A program made the translations under genes and the position numbers. Below are positions 19,320 to 29,598 of a stretch of DNA of 64,000 bases, piece after piece. The DNA is from Candidatus Heimdallarchaeota archaeon (GTDB taxonomy: Archaea; Asgardarchaeota; Heimdallarchaeia; Hodarchaeales; Hodarchaeaceae). Every line of letters begins with the position of its first letter. The first letter of the stretch is position 1. The notes beneath the pieces were generated by a model. That model saw only the letters and a list, made by a program, of their open reading frames with translations, was not told the origin of the DNA and did no database searches. The stretch is taken from the NCBI GenBank assembly GCA_020353515.1, contig CP070695.1, positions 2,486,966-2,550,965 on the forward strand. Direction: 5' to 3'.

Positions 19320-19955
19320 ATGGTTAAAACAAATCTACACAAGGGATCTATAATAACAATGACACTTGATGATTTTTCTCCTTTATTTGAGGCTCTTAAT
19401 AGTGAACGTCGTAGAGAGTTATTTCAATTCATATCTACAAATTTCGTCTCAAAAAATGATCTGGCAATAAAATTTAATTTAAAGCGAGCGAGCTTAAATC
19501 ATCATTTGTCAAGAATGATTAATGCAGGTTTGATTCAAGAAGTATCACTCTTATTTGATGGAAGAAGACATACCTTCATAATCCCTATTGTGAAAATTTT
19601 TCCAGAACGGTTAGTTGAAGTTCAACAGGATAAACAAAAAATAGTAGATCAATTAAGAATTTGGTCGGACCGTAATGTTACTCTCGATAATTGGAATATC
19701 CTCCGGAAAAGTCTAGATAACTTAGCTGTTCCAGAAGATCTTGTTGAATCAATTGAAATTCGCTTTTTTCCCCTGATTGGCACTAGAGCTTCAATTGAAA
19801 CAAATTTCTGCTTTGTCTGTCGCACTAATAAGGCACAACAAGACTGCTTTGCCTGTAAGAACCTTGTATGCAATGTGCATAGCTATGAAATTGACCGTGA
19901 AGAGCTTGGTACCATCAATCTGTGTCCAAATTGTGTAAAAAAATTCTTTGGATAA
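19320..19955 (+). CDS. ArsR-like wHTH regulator with C-terminal 8-ligand zinc finger
   Basis: FEALNSERRRELF...SLNHHLSRMINAGLI; C-terminal CxxC-x8-CxxC-x4-CxxH-x13-CxxC. True start may be the ATG at 19359. Confidence 0.8.
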   Translation: MVKTNLHKGSIITMTLDDFSPLFEALNSERRRELFQFISTNFVSKNDLAIKFNLKRASLNHHLSRMINAGLIQEVSLLFDGRRHTFIIPIVKIFPERLVEVQQDKQKIVDQLRIWSDRNVTLDNWNILRKSLDNLAVPEDLVESIEIRFFPLIGTRASIETNFCFVCRTNKAQQDCFACKNLVCNVHSYEIDREELGTINLCPNCVKKFFG

Positions 19956-19970
19956 AAAGAGAGGGAGAGA

Positions 19971-22391
19971 TTAACCAATGATTCGGCTAACTGTCTCCTC
20001 AGAAATAGATGTTCGAAACAGGGAACGGAGTGAAAGATAAGCAGCTAAGATAATTCCAAGAAATACGTTTAATATTGACAAGGTAATACTAAATAGGTTG
20101 ATTTGCACAACAAACACAACTCCATATTCAGCTGCCCAATCAAAGATAAAGGTGGCCAATGCACCTCCGGTAACAAATCCAATGAAAATACCAATAACGC
20201 TTGTACTGACCAGCTCTAGTAGTACCGTGCCGAAGATCTCCCGATTAGAAACTCCTAATGCTCTAAAATTCACAAAATCATATTTTCTTTCCGAAATAGA
20301 AATAGATACAACTGAAACAGCAATAGCTACTCCTACAATTAAACCTGCAGACATTGCTGCAAGCATGAAGGCATAACCTAACATCATTGCATCTCGTACA
20401 GATTTTGCTAGCTCACTTTTGATGATTACATCTTGGACATTAGGATTCTCACCCAGTCTTTCTTCTATTTGATCTGAATCTTGAGGCTGCTCTGTATGAA
20501 TGTAGATACCATTGGCATAATCTGTTTCAGCTATCCCTGCTAACCATCGAGCAGTATCAATCGAAGTATATAACCCACCACCAGTGAATTCGTTAAGTAT
20601 GGTCTCAACCTCTAAGGTCCTGTCATTACCCTGAACATCAATTACTGTCAATAAGTCACCTTTTTTTATACTAAATTTAATGGCTAGATCTTTTGTAATC
20701 ACGACTTTCTGAGATCCTGGTACACCGCCAGTGTCGAAATTACGACTGATTGTTGATTCGTTAAGACCTGTAATCACATAATTTTGAGTCATGTCCTGTT
20801 TTAATCTAACAGGAACCAAAACATACGATTCATAATGTTTCCATGGGAGATTCTCAAGCATTGTTGCAATCTGTGATGAGTTTTGATAGTTGTTAAGAGT
20901 AATCTGCATGTCCCATGCTTCATAAAATTGAAACTGCTTGTCAATTCCAGTTGTAAAACTTGTTCCTGTGGTGGAACCGAAAAAAGAGATAGACATTGCC
21001 AGAATGATTCCAAAGATTATGAATAATGCTTTTCGCTTTTCTTGGAAGACTGATCGAATTGAAAATTTCGTCAATGGTGAGAGTGCCTTAATTTTTAGTA
21101 GTATCCGTTCAAAATAAACTGGACGAGCTGGTTTGAACATTGCTTGAGGTCGCATTGCTTCGATTGGAGTCATTCGTAGGATTCTCTGAACAGCTAGGAG
21201 AGAACCTGCTGTTGTAAAGAAAGTTATTAGGCAAATAAATCCCATAGTAGGGAATAATAGGAGTATAGAAGAAATAGAGGTCACATTAGGTAATTTCTTT
21301 ATACCTACTAGTTCAATATAGAAATCTCCAAGACTAAAACCTGATATTAAACCTAAAGTTATTCCAATTGATCCCCCTATTAGACCTATTAACCACGAAT
21401 ATATTATAGCACTTGTAGCAATTTCACGATTTGAAAATCCTAATGCTTTAAAAATACCCAGTGTTGTGATTTCTTCTTCAAGGATCCGCTTTAGAACAAT
21501 AAATAACATTATACCAACAATAATTGCAAAAACAAATGATAAAATAAGACCCATGCCTGAAAAAGTTGGTGCAATACTTAATAAGAAGGCATCCCGACCG
21601 CTATATTGAAGTACAGAATCAATTCCATACTCCTGACTCATTGCGGTCAAAAATTCTTCCAGAAAACGATTACTCATTGATGGGTCATCGAAATAAATGG
21701 CAATCTGGTTGACTTGATCTGTGCTGTTCATATGAGATTCCCAATCTTGCTGTTTCATCCAAATCACAGGGCCATCCCACGAGCTCCCATAAAATTCAGT
21801 TACAATACCAGGTGATAACATAAATTCTGGCGAATCAACCATAGCAATGACGGTTAAATTCAATATTCCTGAAGGAGTTAATACTACCAATTCGTCATTG
21901 ATCTCCCAACCTTGGAGTTCGGCAGTAACCTTCTCAACAACGGCAATATTAGCATCAGTTGAATTATGGAGAGTATTGATGTATGGTTTATTATAATATA
22001 ACTTATCAACAAGTAATTCTTCATTTCTAACAGCGTATAAATGTGTATTAACCTGAGATTCAATTCCAGACTCAGTAACTTGTAACTCATGGAAATCTCG
22101 AAGTTCAAACTCAAAATCAATGTTTAGGTCTTCTTTGACTTGATTAACTAGTAGTGTCAGGTTTGATTTATCCATTTGTTCTGTTGTTATCAATAGATGG
22201 TGATATCGATAACCGATCCAGGATGCATTCTCAACTTCAAGCCAATTGAAGTATAATGCGGAGTAAAAGATAGTAATAATGCTGCCAATGGTGATAACTA
22301 TGATGATCGGGATAGATCGGAGCTTTTTACTTTTTATATCCCGCCATGCTTTACGAATGAACAATTTCATGTCATCAACCAGCCGTATCAA
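19971..22391 (-). CDS. MacB/FtsX-family ABC permease (duplicated)
   Basis: Two FtsX-like halves (GIFKALGFSNREI; NFRALGVSNREI) with large extracytoplasmic domains. Confidence 0.9.
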   Translation of the reverse strand: MIRLVDDMKLFIRKAWRDIKSKKLRSIPIIIVITIGSIITIFYSALYFNWLEVENASWIGYRYHHLLITTEQMDKSNLTLLVNQVKEDLNIDFEFELRDFHELQVTESGIESQVNTHLYAVRNEELLVDKLYYNKPYINTLHNSTDANIAVVEKVTAELQGWEINDELVVLTPSGILNLTVIAMVDSPEFMLSPGIVTEFYGSSWDGPVIWMKQQDWESHMNSTDQVNQIAIYFDDPSMSNRFLEEFLTAMSQEYGIDSVLQYSGRDAFLLSIAPTFSGMGLILSFVFAIIVGIMLFIVLKRILEEEITTLGIFKALGFSNREIATSAIIYSWLIGLIGGSIGITLGLISGFSLGDFYIELVGIKKLPNVTSISSILLLFPTMGFICLITFFTTAGSLLAVQRILRMTPIEAMRPQAMFKPARPVYFERILLKIKALSPLTKFSIRSVFQEKRKALFIIFGIILAMSISFFGSTTGTSFTTGIDKQFQFYEAWDMQITLNNYQNSSQIATMLENLPWKHYESYVLVPVRLKQDMTQNYVITGLNESTISRNFDTGGVPGSQKVVITKDLAIKFSIKKGDLLTVIDVQGNDRTLEVETILNEFTGGGLYTSIDTARWLAGIAETDYANGIYIHTEQPQDSDQIEERLGENPNVQDVIIKSELAKSVRDAMMLGYAFMLAAMSAGLIVGVAIAVSVVSISISERKYDFVNFRALGVSNREIFGTVLLELVSTSVIGIFIGFVTGGALATFIFDWAAEYGVVFVVQINLFSITLSILNVFLGIILAAYLSLRSLFRTSISEETVSRIIG

Positions 22392-23151
22392 TAGGAGGAG
22401 CTACCGTGAGTTCTTCCCAGAATTCCTTTTCTTTAGCTGGATCATATTTGGAGGTACCAAAGATTTTTCCATCACGAAGGTAAATAACCTTATCTGCTAG
22501 AGTAGAGATGCCAACATTATGGGTAACAAGGAGTATTGTTACTTTATAATTCTCATTCACACGTTGAAGAAGTTTCAAAATTTTTCCTGTGGTTTCGCTA
22601 TCAATATTACCAGTTGGTTCGTCTGCCAACAGGATCTTAGGTTTCTTAGCTAATGCTCTTGCGATGGCTACCCTTTGCTGTTCCCCCCCACTAAGTTGTG
22701 CTGGGAATTTATTACTCTTATCTCCAAGGCCAACTTCTTCCAATAACTCTTTTGATATTTTTCGTGCCTCATCTGAGGGATTTGTAAGCTTGGCTGCTAG
22801 TTCAACATTCTCAAATGCTGTTAAGGAAGCTACCAGATTATAAAACTGGAAGATGAACCCCACATTAAGTCGTCTATACTTCGTCAAATCCCTTTCTTTG
22901 AGGGAAACAAGATTAGTACTCTTTCCATTTGTACCAAAGAGGATTTTACCTGTAGTTGGACGATCAATTCCCCCAATAACGTTAAGTAACGTTGTTTTCC
23001 CAGAACCAGATGGTCCTAAAATAACAAGAAACTGTCCTTGCTCGATATTCAGAGTTATCCCGCTTAATGCAGAAACAGTTAATTCACCCATCAAATATTC
23101 TTTTGTTAAATCTTCTATCTGTAAAGTCATTTCTTGCACCAAGTCAGACAA
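22375..23151 (-). CDS. MacB/LolD-family ABC ATPase
   Basis: GPSGSGKT, GFIFQFYNL, LSGGEQQRVAIARAL, ADEPTGN. Confidence 0.95.
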   Translation of the reverse strand: MSDLVQEMTLQIEDLTKEYLMGELTVSALSGITLNIEQGQFLVILGPSGSGKTTLLNVIGGIDRPTTGKILFGTNGKSTNLVSLKERDLTKYRRLNVGFIFQFYNLVASLTAFENVELAAKLTNPSDEARKISKELLEEVGLGDKSNKFPAQLSGGEQQRVAIARALAKKPKILLADEPTGNIDSETTGKILKLLQRVNENYKVTILLVTHNVGISTLADKVIYLRDGKIFGTSKYDPAKEKEFWEELTVAPPIDTAG

Positions 23152-23357
23152 GATAATATGTAGATTTAAGTTCCTCAGGTAAAAGAATATTTTTTACCTT
23201 TGTTTTTTTATAAGCTTTTCTTCCCGACTACATAATCAAAGATGAATCCAATGAAAAAAACAGACCACCCTAGGATTTCAGTTTCATTTGATGACAAAGA
23301 AATTCGGATAGAATTAAATCTTGTCAGATTGAAAAACAAAAGAAAGGAGACACAAAA

Positions 23358-24239
23358 TTGGAGATTAATTCAGATTTAGTAGGAACACCTCTTAAACCAT
23401 TTACGCGAACAATAGATTGGCCTGAAATTATGTATTTTGCTGCTAGTGTCGATGACGATAATCCATATTATTTTGATGATGAGCAAGACGAAGGCATCGT
23501 CGCGCCACCTGTGTTCTCCATTATAGCAAATTGGCCTGTGGTAAAAAACATCAATGATCTTATTGACTATGAAGAATTCCCTCTAGAAGTACTATCGACA
23601 ATTGTACATTATACTGAACACGTAATAATCCACCGATTAATAAAACCAAATGATAAGTTAACAATTACAGGAAAATTCACAACGATTATACCACACCGTG
23701 CAGGGACTCATGTCATAATTCGGTTGGAAACGCGAGATCGAGAGAATCAGCTAGTTACGGAAGAATGTATTGGAGGGATGTTAAGGGGAGTTGAATGTAT
23801 AGGCGGAGGAAAGGGGTTAGAAGACCAACCACAGATTATACAGCATGAAATTGGATCCAAACCCCTTTGGCAAGAAACAATGCACATTGACGCTTTGAAA
23901 CCTTATATCTATGATGCATGTACTAATACCTCAGTTGTTCCTATTCATACATCGAAACAATTTGCTCGTTTGGTTGGACTCCCAGATATCATTCTTCACG
24001 GCACGGCCACATTAGCGATGGCTGTTAGAACAATAACAAACAAGGAACTAGAAGGAGATCCTTTCAGAATTGACGAAATAGCCTGCAAATTCACTAGTAT
24101 GGTACTACCAAATACTGATATTAATCTAATTCTTAAGGAAAAAGCACCTGAGAATGCTCCTGAACATTATTTCTTTGACGTATTTAATGATGAAGGCCGT
24201 AAAGCCATTAGTCAAGGCTATTTAAAGATTAAGAAATAA
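23358..24239 (+). CDS. MaoC-family double hot-dog dehydratase
   Basis: FAASVDDDNPYY, VAPPVF, PIHTSKQFARLVGLPDIILHG. Confidence 0.85.
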   Translation: MEINSDLVGTPLKPFTRTIDWPEIMYFAASVDDDNPYYFDDEQDEGIVAPPVFSIIANWPVVKNINDLIDYEEFPLEVLSTIVHYTEHVIIHRLIKPNDKLTITGKFTTIIPHRAGTHVIIRLETRDRENQLVTEECIGGMLRGVECIGGGKGLEDQPQIIQHEIGSKPLWQETMHIDALKPYIYDACTNTSVVPIHTSKQFARLVGLPDIILHGTATLAMAVRTITNKELEGDPFRIDEIACKFTSMVLPNTDINLILKEKAPENAPEHYFFDVFNDEGRKAISQGYLKIKK

Positions 24240-24426
24240 GAATATAAAAAACATTATTTGAGCAGGATCAGGGCAAGAATTAGATTTTTTGACTCAAATA
24301 ATTCTATATAAAAGAAAATTCACATTTTTTTTAAAGATTCCCATATAATAAAAAAAATGGAAAAGTTTTTATAACATGAGAAATAGGTTCTAGGATGATC
24401 AAAGAAATTTGTAGGGAGCCTAAAAA

Positions 24427-24669
24427 ATGAGTGCTTACTATTACTTAGGGAGAAAATCGGAAAAAAAACAGTCTCAGGTAATTTCTCTGGGAGCATTTAC
24501 AGGAAACACATTTTATCCCACTATGGCTCATGAGGTATTCATAGTTCTTGTGAAAGAAGCTAAATTTACTATCCATGATGAGCATGGGAGGGAGTTGACG
24601 ATTGAGAGATTCAAAGACTTGATCAATCATACATATATCAACAATCCACCACTGATCTCCCTTAATTGA
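24427..24669 (+). CDS. Small hypothetical protein
   Basis: 80 aa ORF with GGGAG upstream; no motif. Confidence 0.5.
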   Translation: MSAYYYLGRKSEKKQSQVISLGAFTGNTFYPTMAHEVFIVLVKEAKFTIHDEHGRELTIERFKDLINHTYINNPPLISLN

Positions 24670-24796
24670 AGAAGAAAATTCTTTCTCGAAAAACTTGAAA
24701 GAATATCATATCGTTTCTACATTTCAAAGAACTAGGTAATTTTTTCTGACCATTTATTATTCTCTTCAGTGAAAAGAAACTATTCTGTGGGAATAG

Positions 24797-25660
24797 ATGA
24801 TGATTATCAAGAATTTAGCGAAAACAAGTATGACTGATATTACTAAAACATTTAACGAAGCATTTGCAGATTATATTATCCAATTTACAACTTCAGAAGA
24901 ATATTTACAAAATAGATGGAATGCTGCGGGCGTCGACTATGATCTATCATTTGGGATTTTTAGTGATGATAATCTTGTAGGGTTCATTATTCACGGTATT
25001 GATCAGTGGAATGGAAAAGAAACAGCTTTCAATATAGGTACTGGAGTAGTACCAGATCATAGAGGGAAGAGAATTGTAAAGAAGCTATATAATCATGCAC
25101 TACCTATTCTAAAAGAGCATGGAATTGAACAATGTCTTCTAGAAGTAATTCAAGAAAATGAAAAAGCGATCAAAGCTTATGAGAGTGTAGGTTTCAAAGA
25201 GGAGCGAGAATTAATCAGTTTTACTTATAGTCTTGATACTAAAGGTGTTGTAGCTAGATTAGATGATCAAATCCAAATGAAAGTTGATACCGATATTTTA
25301 AGCATTGATTGGGATTTTGTACAGAGCTTTTGGGATTTTAAACCGTCATGGGAACACTCTATTTCTGCTATAATGAAAAATGTGAATGTTTGTCAATTCC
25401 TTGGACTCTATAAAGAAGGGAAATTGATTGGTTATGCTATATTCACCCCAAAAACAGGTTATATTTTTCAATTTGCCATAGCAAAAGATGAAAGAGGAAA
25501 AGGATTTGCAAAATGTCTGTTTCAGAAACTCATGACATTTAGTGATAAACTTGTAACTATTAATGTAGATAAACGTTCAGAGCAGACGTTGAATTTTCTC
25601 TCAGCCTTTGGCTTTAAAGAATTCATTAAACAATATGAGATGAAGAAATTTCCATTATAA
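24797..25660 (+). CDS. Tandem GNAT acetyltransferase
   Basis: Two motif-A segments (GVVPDHRGKRI; AIAKDERGKGFA) and N..A...Y..VGF. Confidence 0.9.
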   Translation: MMIIKNLAKTSMTDITKTFNEAFADYIIQFTTSEEYLQNRWNAAGVDYDLSFGIFSDDNLVGFIIHGIDQWNGKETAFNIGTGVVPDHRGKRIVKKLYNHALPILKEHGIEQCLLEVIQENEKAIKAYESVGFKEERELISFTYSLDTKGVVARLDDQIQMKVDTDILSIDWDFVQSFWDFKPSWEHSISAIMKNVNVCQFLGLYKEGKLIGYAIFTPKTGYIFQFAIAKDERGKGFAKCLFQKLMTFSDKLVTINVDKRSEQTLNFLSAFGFKEFIKQYEMKKFPL

Positions 25661-25678
25661 TCCTTTTTATGTGAAATC

Positions 25679-26083
25679 TCAGATATCTAAACCAGTTAGG
25701 GAATTTATGACTCGCTGAAGCTTTGTACTCACTTCTTTTGCTACTAATTCCAACTCTGGATTCCCAATTATCATAAACATCTTTTCAGGGTCAATTGCAG
25801 CCACTTTAGTTTTTCTTTCCTCTAATTCCTGAACAACGATATTGCAGGGTAAAAGAAGGCCGATTTCTCGTTCAATATCAAGAGCTCTTTTTGCAAATGG
25901 AGGATTGCATGCCCCTAAGATGACATAACGCTCAAAATCAACATTTAATTTCGTTTTCAGAGTTTTTTTTACATCAATTTCAGTTAAAACGCCGAATCCC
26001 TCCTCTTTTAAGGCATTAACCGTCTTAGAGACAGCTATATCATATTCTTCATTTAAAACTATACTGATTTCATAATCTACCAT
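25679..26083 (-). CDS. DUF302 domain protein
   Basis: GFGVLTEIDV...YVILGACNP...IGLLLPCNIVV. Confidence 0.9.
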   Translation of the reverse strand: MVDYEISIVLNEEYDIAVSKTVNALKEEGFGVLTEIDVKKTLKTKLNVDFERYVILGACNPPFAKRALDIEREIGLLLPCNIVVQELEERKTKVAAIDPEKMFMIIGNPELELVAKEVSTKLQRVINSLTGLDI

Positions 26084-26100
26084 TTGAGTAATCCTCAGTT

Positions 26101-27186
26101 TTAATATTCTAATCCTTGGTTCTTAAAATTCTGTGCTATGGCAAGTCCATATGCAATGGATTGACTGGTAATCACTCCCATAATGTTACAAGGAGCATTA
26201 TCATCAATCACAGGAATAAGCTGAGTCTTTTCTTTCGCCATGATTTTATACGCGTCAAACACTGACCGATTGGGTAGGATTGATAAGGGTTTGACCATGA
26301 GATCAGCAACGATGGCATTTGATTGAGCTTCAGGAGCCATTTTTATAATGTCGTTCCATGTAATAACTCCTAACAATTCACCTTTCTGACAAACAACTAG
26401 ATCACTGATGCGGGCATGGAACATCATTTCAAGAGCTTGACTAACTGGGGTTGTAGGAGCTATTGTCATAACGCTGTCTCTTGGAAGCATAAAATCTCCA
26501 ACCCGTAAAGGTTTAAGTAGTGATGATAATTTTGTTCCTTGTAGTTCTTGTGCAGCCCCCCAGTATATGAAAAATCCAATTATTATTAACCACAAATTGC
26601 TAATGAACCCAATAACTATCATTATCAAAGCAAAAAATCGTCCAATACTAGCTGCGGTTTTAGTTGCTTCTATCAAATCCTTTTTCCACATTGTAAGGGA
26701 TGCTCTAAGCACTCGTCCACCGTCCATTGGGAATGCTGGAATTAAATTAAAGATCGCTAAGATAAGATTCAGGGATCCAATATCGAAAAAAATAAATCCT
26801 GTACCAATAAAAAGTGGTGTTGTAGACATCTGAAGTGGATATAAGAAGTGGATTAGTAAAGAAATCACTCCAATGACCAAACTAGACACAGGCCCAATAG
26901 CTGCTACTTTCAATTCAACTGAAGGATTGTCAGGAATATCCTCGATCTGTGCAGCTCCTCCGATTGGATATAAGACAATTTTGTTTACAGGCAAGTTGTT
27001 ACGTTTAGCTAGGAGGGAATGGGCTAATTCATGGACTGTCACTGATATAAAAAGTAATCCAAAAAGGATGACGGAATATATCTGAGGAAAAGTCACTAGG
27101 AACAAGAGTACAAATAATGCAATGAATGTAATATGTAAGTTCAGATCTATGCCATTTATACTAATAATTTTGTATGAATACTTCAT
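26101..27186 (-). CDS. Site-2 protease (M50) with CBS pair
   Basis: HELAH, NLIPAFPMDGGR, and C-terminal CBS domains. Confidence 0.95.
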   Translation of the reverse strand: MKYSYKIISINGIDLNLHITFIALFVLLFLVTFPQIYSVILFGLLFISVTVHELAHSLLAKRNNLPVNKIVLYPIGGAAQIEDIPDNPSVELKVAAIGPVSSLVIGVISLLIHFLYPLQMSTTPLFIGTGFIFFDIGSLNLILAIFNLIPAFPMDGGRVLRASLTMWKKDLIEATKTAASIGRFFALIMIVIGFISNLWLIIIGFFIYWGAAQELQGTKLSSLLKPLRVGDFMLPRDSVMTIAPTTPVSQALEMMFHARISDLVVCQKGELLGVITWNDIIKMAPEAQSNAIVADLMVKPLSILPNRSVFDAYKIMAKEKTQLIPVIDDNAPCNIMGVITSQSIAYGLAIAQNFKNQGLEY

Positions 27187-27300
27187 TCTTCTTCAAAGCT
27201 AAGTAGTTAACAATTGTTAATAAGCTTATTTATACTCCTTTCGTAATCTTAACTTGACAATTCACTTGTGACTCACTTTAAGAATTTAGGAGGCAATGTG

Positions 27301-27594
27301 TCAAGGAATAAATTTTGTCATTTTGGTTAAAAGACTCATCAACCTCTCCAGATCAATAACCATCATATCTAGCATGGCTAGTCTGGCTATAATAGCATAA
27401 AGATCGGGTTTTCGAGGATCATTGTAAGAATGTGTTTTTAGTTTAACTTCCCAGAGATTACGTTTTGCTTTGTATTTCCCTAATAAATCCACTAACTCTT
27501 CAATTATTTTAGGGATCTTCTGTTCAGGAATATCAGATGCATGAATACTAACTATCTCACTACTTTCTTTCAATCCATTACTTTTGAACATCAA
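27301..27594 (-). CDS. Hypothetical protein
   Basis: 97 aa helical-looking ORF that fills the gap; no motif. Confidence 0.5.
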   Translation of the reverse strand: MMFKSNGLKESSEIVSIHASDIPEQKIPKIIEELVDLLGKYKAKRNLWEVKLKTHSYNDPRKPDLYAIIARLAMLDMMVIDLERLMSLLTKMTKFIP

Positions 27595-27769
27595 TTTCTA
27601 CTCTTGAGTAAATATAGGTGTATTCCCTTAAAAAGATCACTGTAACGAACATCAGCAACATTTTATATCTTCATATCAATACTTATAATCTTGGTTTTAC
27701 GGGAAACTACTGGTTTTATCAGGATTAAAGACGATCTTGACAAATGGATTAGCAAACTAGGAAGATGTT

Positions 27770-28732
27770 ATGTCACTGTTTTTTATTTTTTCGACCAGAA
27801 AAGAATTGGATGACTTTTTAATTGAAACAATTATTACTTTAGCCAGGTATGAACAACCAATATTCTATGTCTTCCTTTTCGTCTTTTCAATCTTCTCGGT
27901 TCCTGCTTTAAGCCTTAGTTTCATTGGTGAACATGCTACATCAATGGAAATGATGACAGATCCAAAATTTATTCTCTTTATAATGGTCTTTGTTGATGGA
28001 CTGTTATTTTGTTCATATATTTTAACAAACAAGAACCATAAAAGACTATATTGGTACCTTGCTATTCCAATTCTTCTGATTACTTATGGTCTCATCATTC
28101 TGGCTTTATTCATGTTTTATATCCTTATACTTCCTCAGCAAGACTTGGAAATATGGAGTGTCCTTCTATTTTTACCCCCAGTCATTATGACAGTTGGAAT
28201 TAGTAGCTTTTTAAGAAGTCTTGACATCTTTCAAAGGGAATATACCCCTCTCCTATCAGCAATTGTATTTATTATCCTTTTAATTTTTATCTTTGGGTTG
28301 TATTACGCAGGACAGTTCTTATTAATAATACTATTATTTTTAACTATTGATATTGCGAATATAGAAATCAGGAATAACATTGTGTATGGTTTACTTCTGT
28401 CCTTAAATGTCGTCATTGTTTTGTTTTCCATCAAGGACTGTTCAAGACTTTTTCCAACAAAAAAACGCTTAGTATATGTAGTAATCAACATAACCATTGC
28501 AATAACTGTTGTACTATCCTTGATAGGGGGAAATAATCAACTAGATTTATTAGGATCGTTAATCATACCTTTATGGTTTATGACAAACATTGGGAACTCC
28601 ATAATACTCACACTGATTTTATTTTACGCCATCAAAAGTTCAGCATCACGCTTCAAGGAATATAAAGAGACCTCAGAAACAGAATTGCCAAAGCATATTA
28701 AGAAAGTCTTCACGACTTATGATGTACTCTGA
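27770..28732 (+). CDS. Polytopic membrane protein, unknown function
   Basis: About 8 hydrophobic segments. Confidence 0.7.
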   Translation: MSLFFIFSTRKELDDFLIETIITLARYEQPIFYVFLFVFSIFSVPALSLSFIGEHATSMEMMTDPKFILFIMVFVDGLLFCSYILTNKNHKRLYWYLAIPILLITYGLIILALFMFYILILPQQDLEIWSVLLFLPPVIMTVGISSFLRSLDIFQREYTPLLSAIVFIILLIFIFGLYYAGQFLLIILLFLTIDIANIEIRNNIVYGLLLSLNVVIVLFSIKDCSRLFPTKKRLVYVVINITIAITVVLSLIGGNNQLDLLGSLIIPLWFMTNIGNSIILTLILFYAIKSSASRFKEYKETSETELPKHIKKVFTTYDVL

Positions 28733-28735
28733 AAC

Positions 28736-29332
28736 TTAACCTTGTTTAATATGTGGAATAATATCAGCTAATTCAGTAAACTCATCAGCTTGAGTTTTTA
28801 GCTCATGTGCTAGTAAAGGAGGATCTGATTTTTCAGTGCTTACCACATGGACATGTTTGTTACGTTTTTGAAGTTCAGAAACGCATCTGGTAAAGTCACC
28901 GTCTCCCGAAAATAGAATAGCAATATCATATTGATCTAGAGTAAGTAACATATCAACAGCGAGGTCCACATCCATATTTCCCTTGATAAAAGAATGAGAT
29001 ATCTTTTTCACTTCTTTAGTTACAACAGAGAATCCATTATGCCTCAACCAATCAATAATTTTCATAATGAAGCCTTCTGAGGGATCATATGCAGAATAAT
29101 AAAAAGCTTTGAATAAGTGCATTTCATTGGAAACGAAATAGTTTTTCAGACGTAGAAAATCAACCTTAAATCCCAAGTTTTTGGTAGCATGATATAAATT
29201 CCCTCCATCAATGAACAACGCAACCCGAGAAGTTTTAGCCTGTTCAGGAAGGGATTCTTGATAAGAGTGCTTTTTTCTACAATAAGGGCAAATACAATCA
29301 GGTTTCATTTGTCTCAGACATCTTCTGTCCAA
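28736..29332 (-). CDS. NYN-domain (LabA/DUF88) PIN-like nuclease with N-terminal Cys knuckle
   Basis: FIDGGNL, KGNMDVDLAVD, LFSGDGDF, LKTQADEF; N-terminal CICPYC. Confidence 0.9.
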   Translation of the reverse strand: MDRRCLRQMKPDCICPYCRKKHSYQESLPEQAKTSRVALFIDGGNLYHATKNLGFKVDFLRLKNYFVSNEMHLFKAFYYSAYDPSEGFIMKIIDWLRHNGFSVVTKEVKKISHSFIKGNMDVDLAVDMLLTLDQYDIAILFSGDGDFTRCVSELQKRNKHVHVVSTEKSDPPLLAHELKTQADEFTELADIIPHIKQG

Positions 29333-29598
29333 AAGAGTTTTTAAAATAATTCAAGAAAAAAAATAGTGAAAAAATGCTATAGAATAACTCCAAAGGTTGT
29401 TCTGATTAAACAAATCCCAACTATTTCATTTATTCTTATTATAATAAATCAAGATTCCTTGAATAAATCTATTTCACCACGAATATGAAAGTAATTCATT
29501 TTATTTTCTTTAATATTGGCTACTTCTACAAGTCTATTACGAAATTCGTATAAATCCGGAGAATTTATTCAGATAATGTTATGATTCATCTTTCCTGA

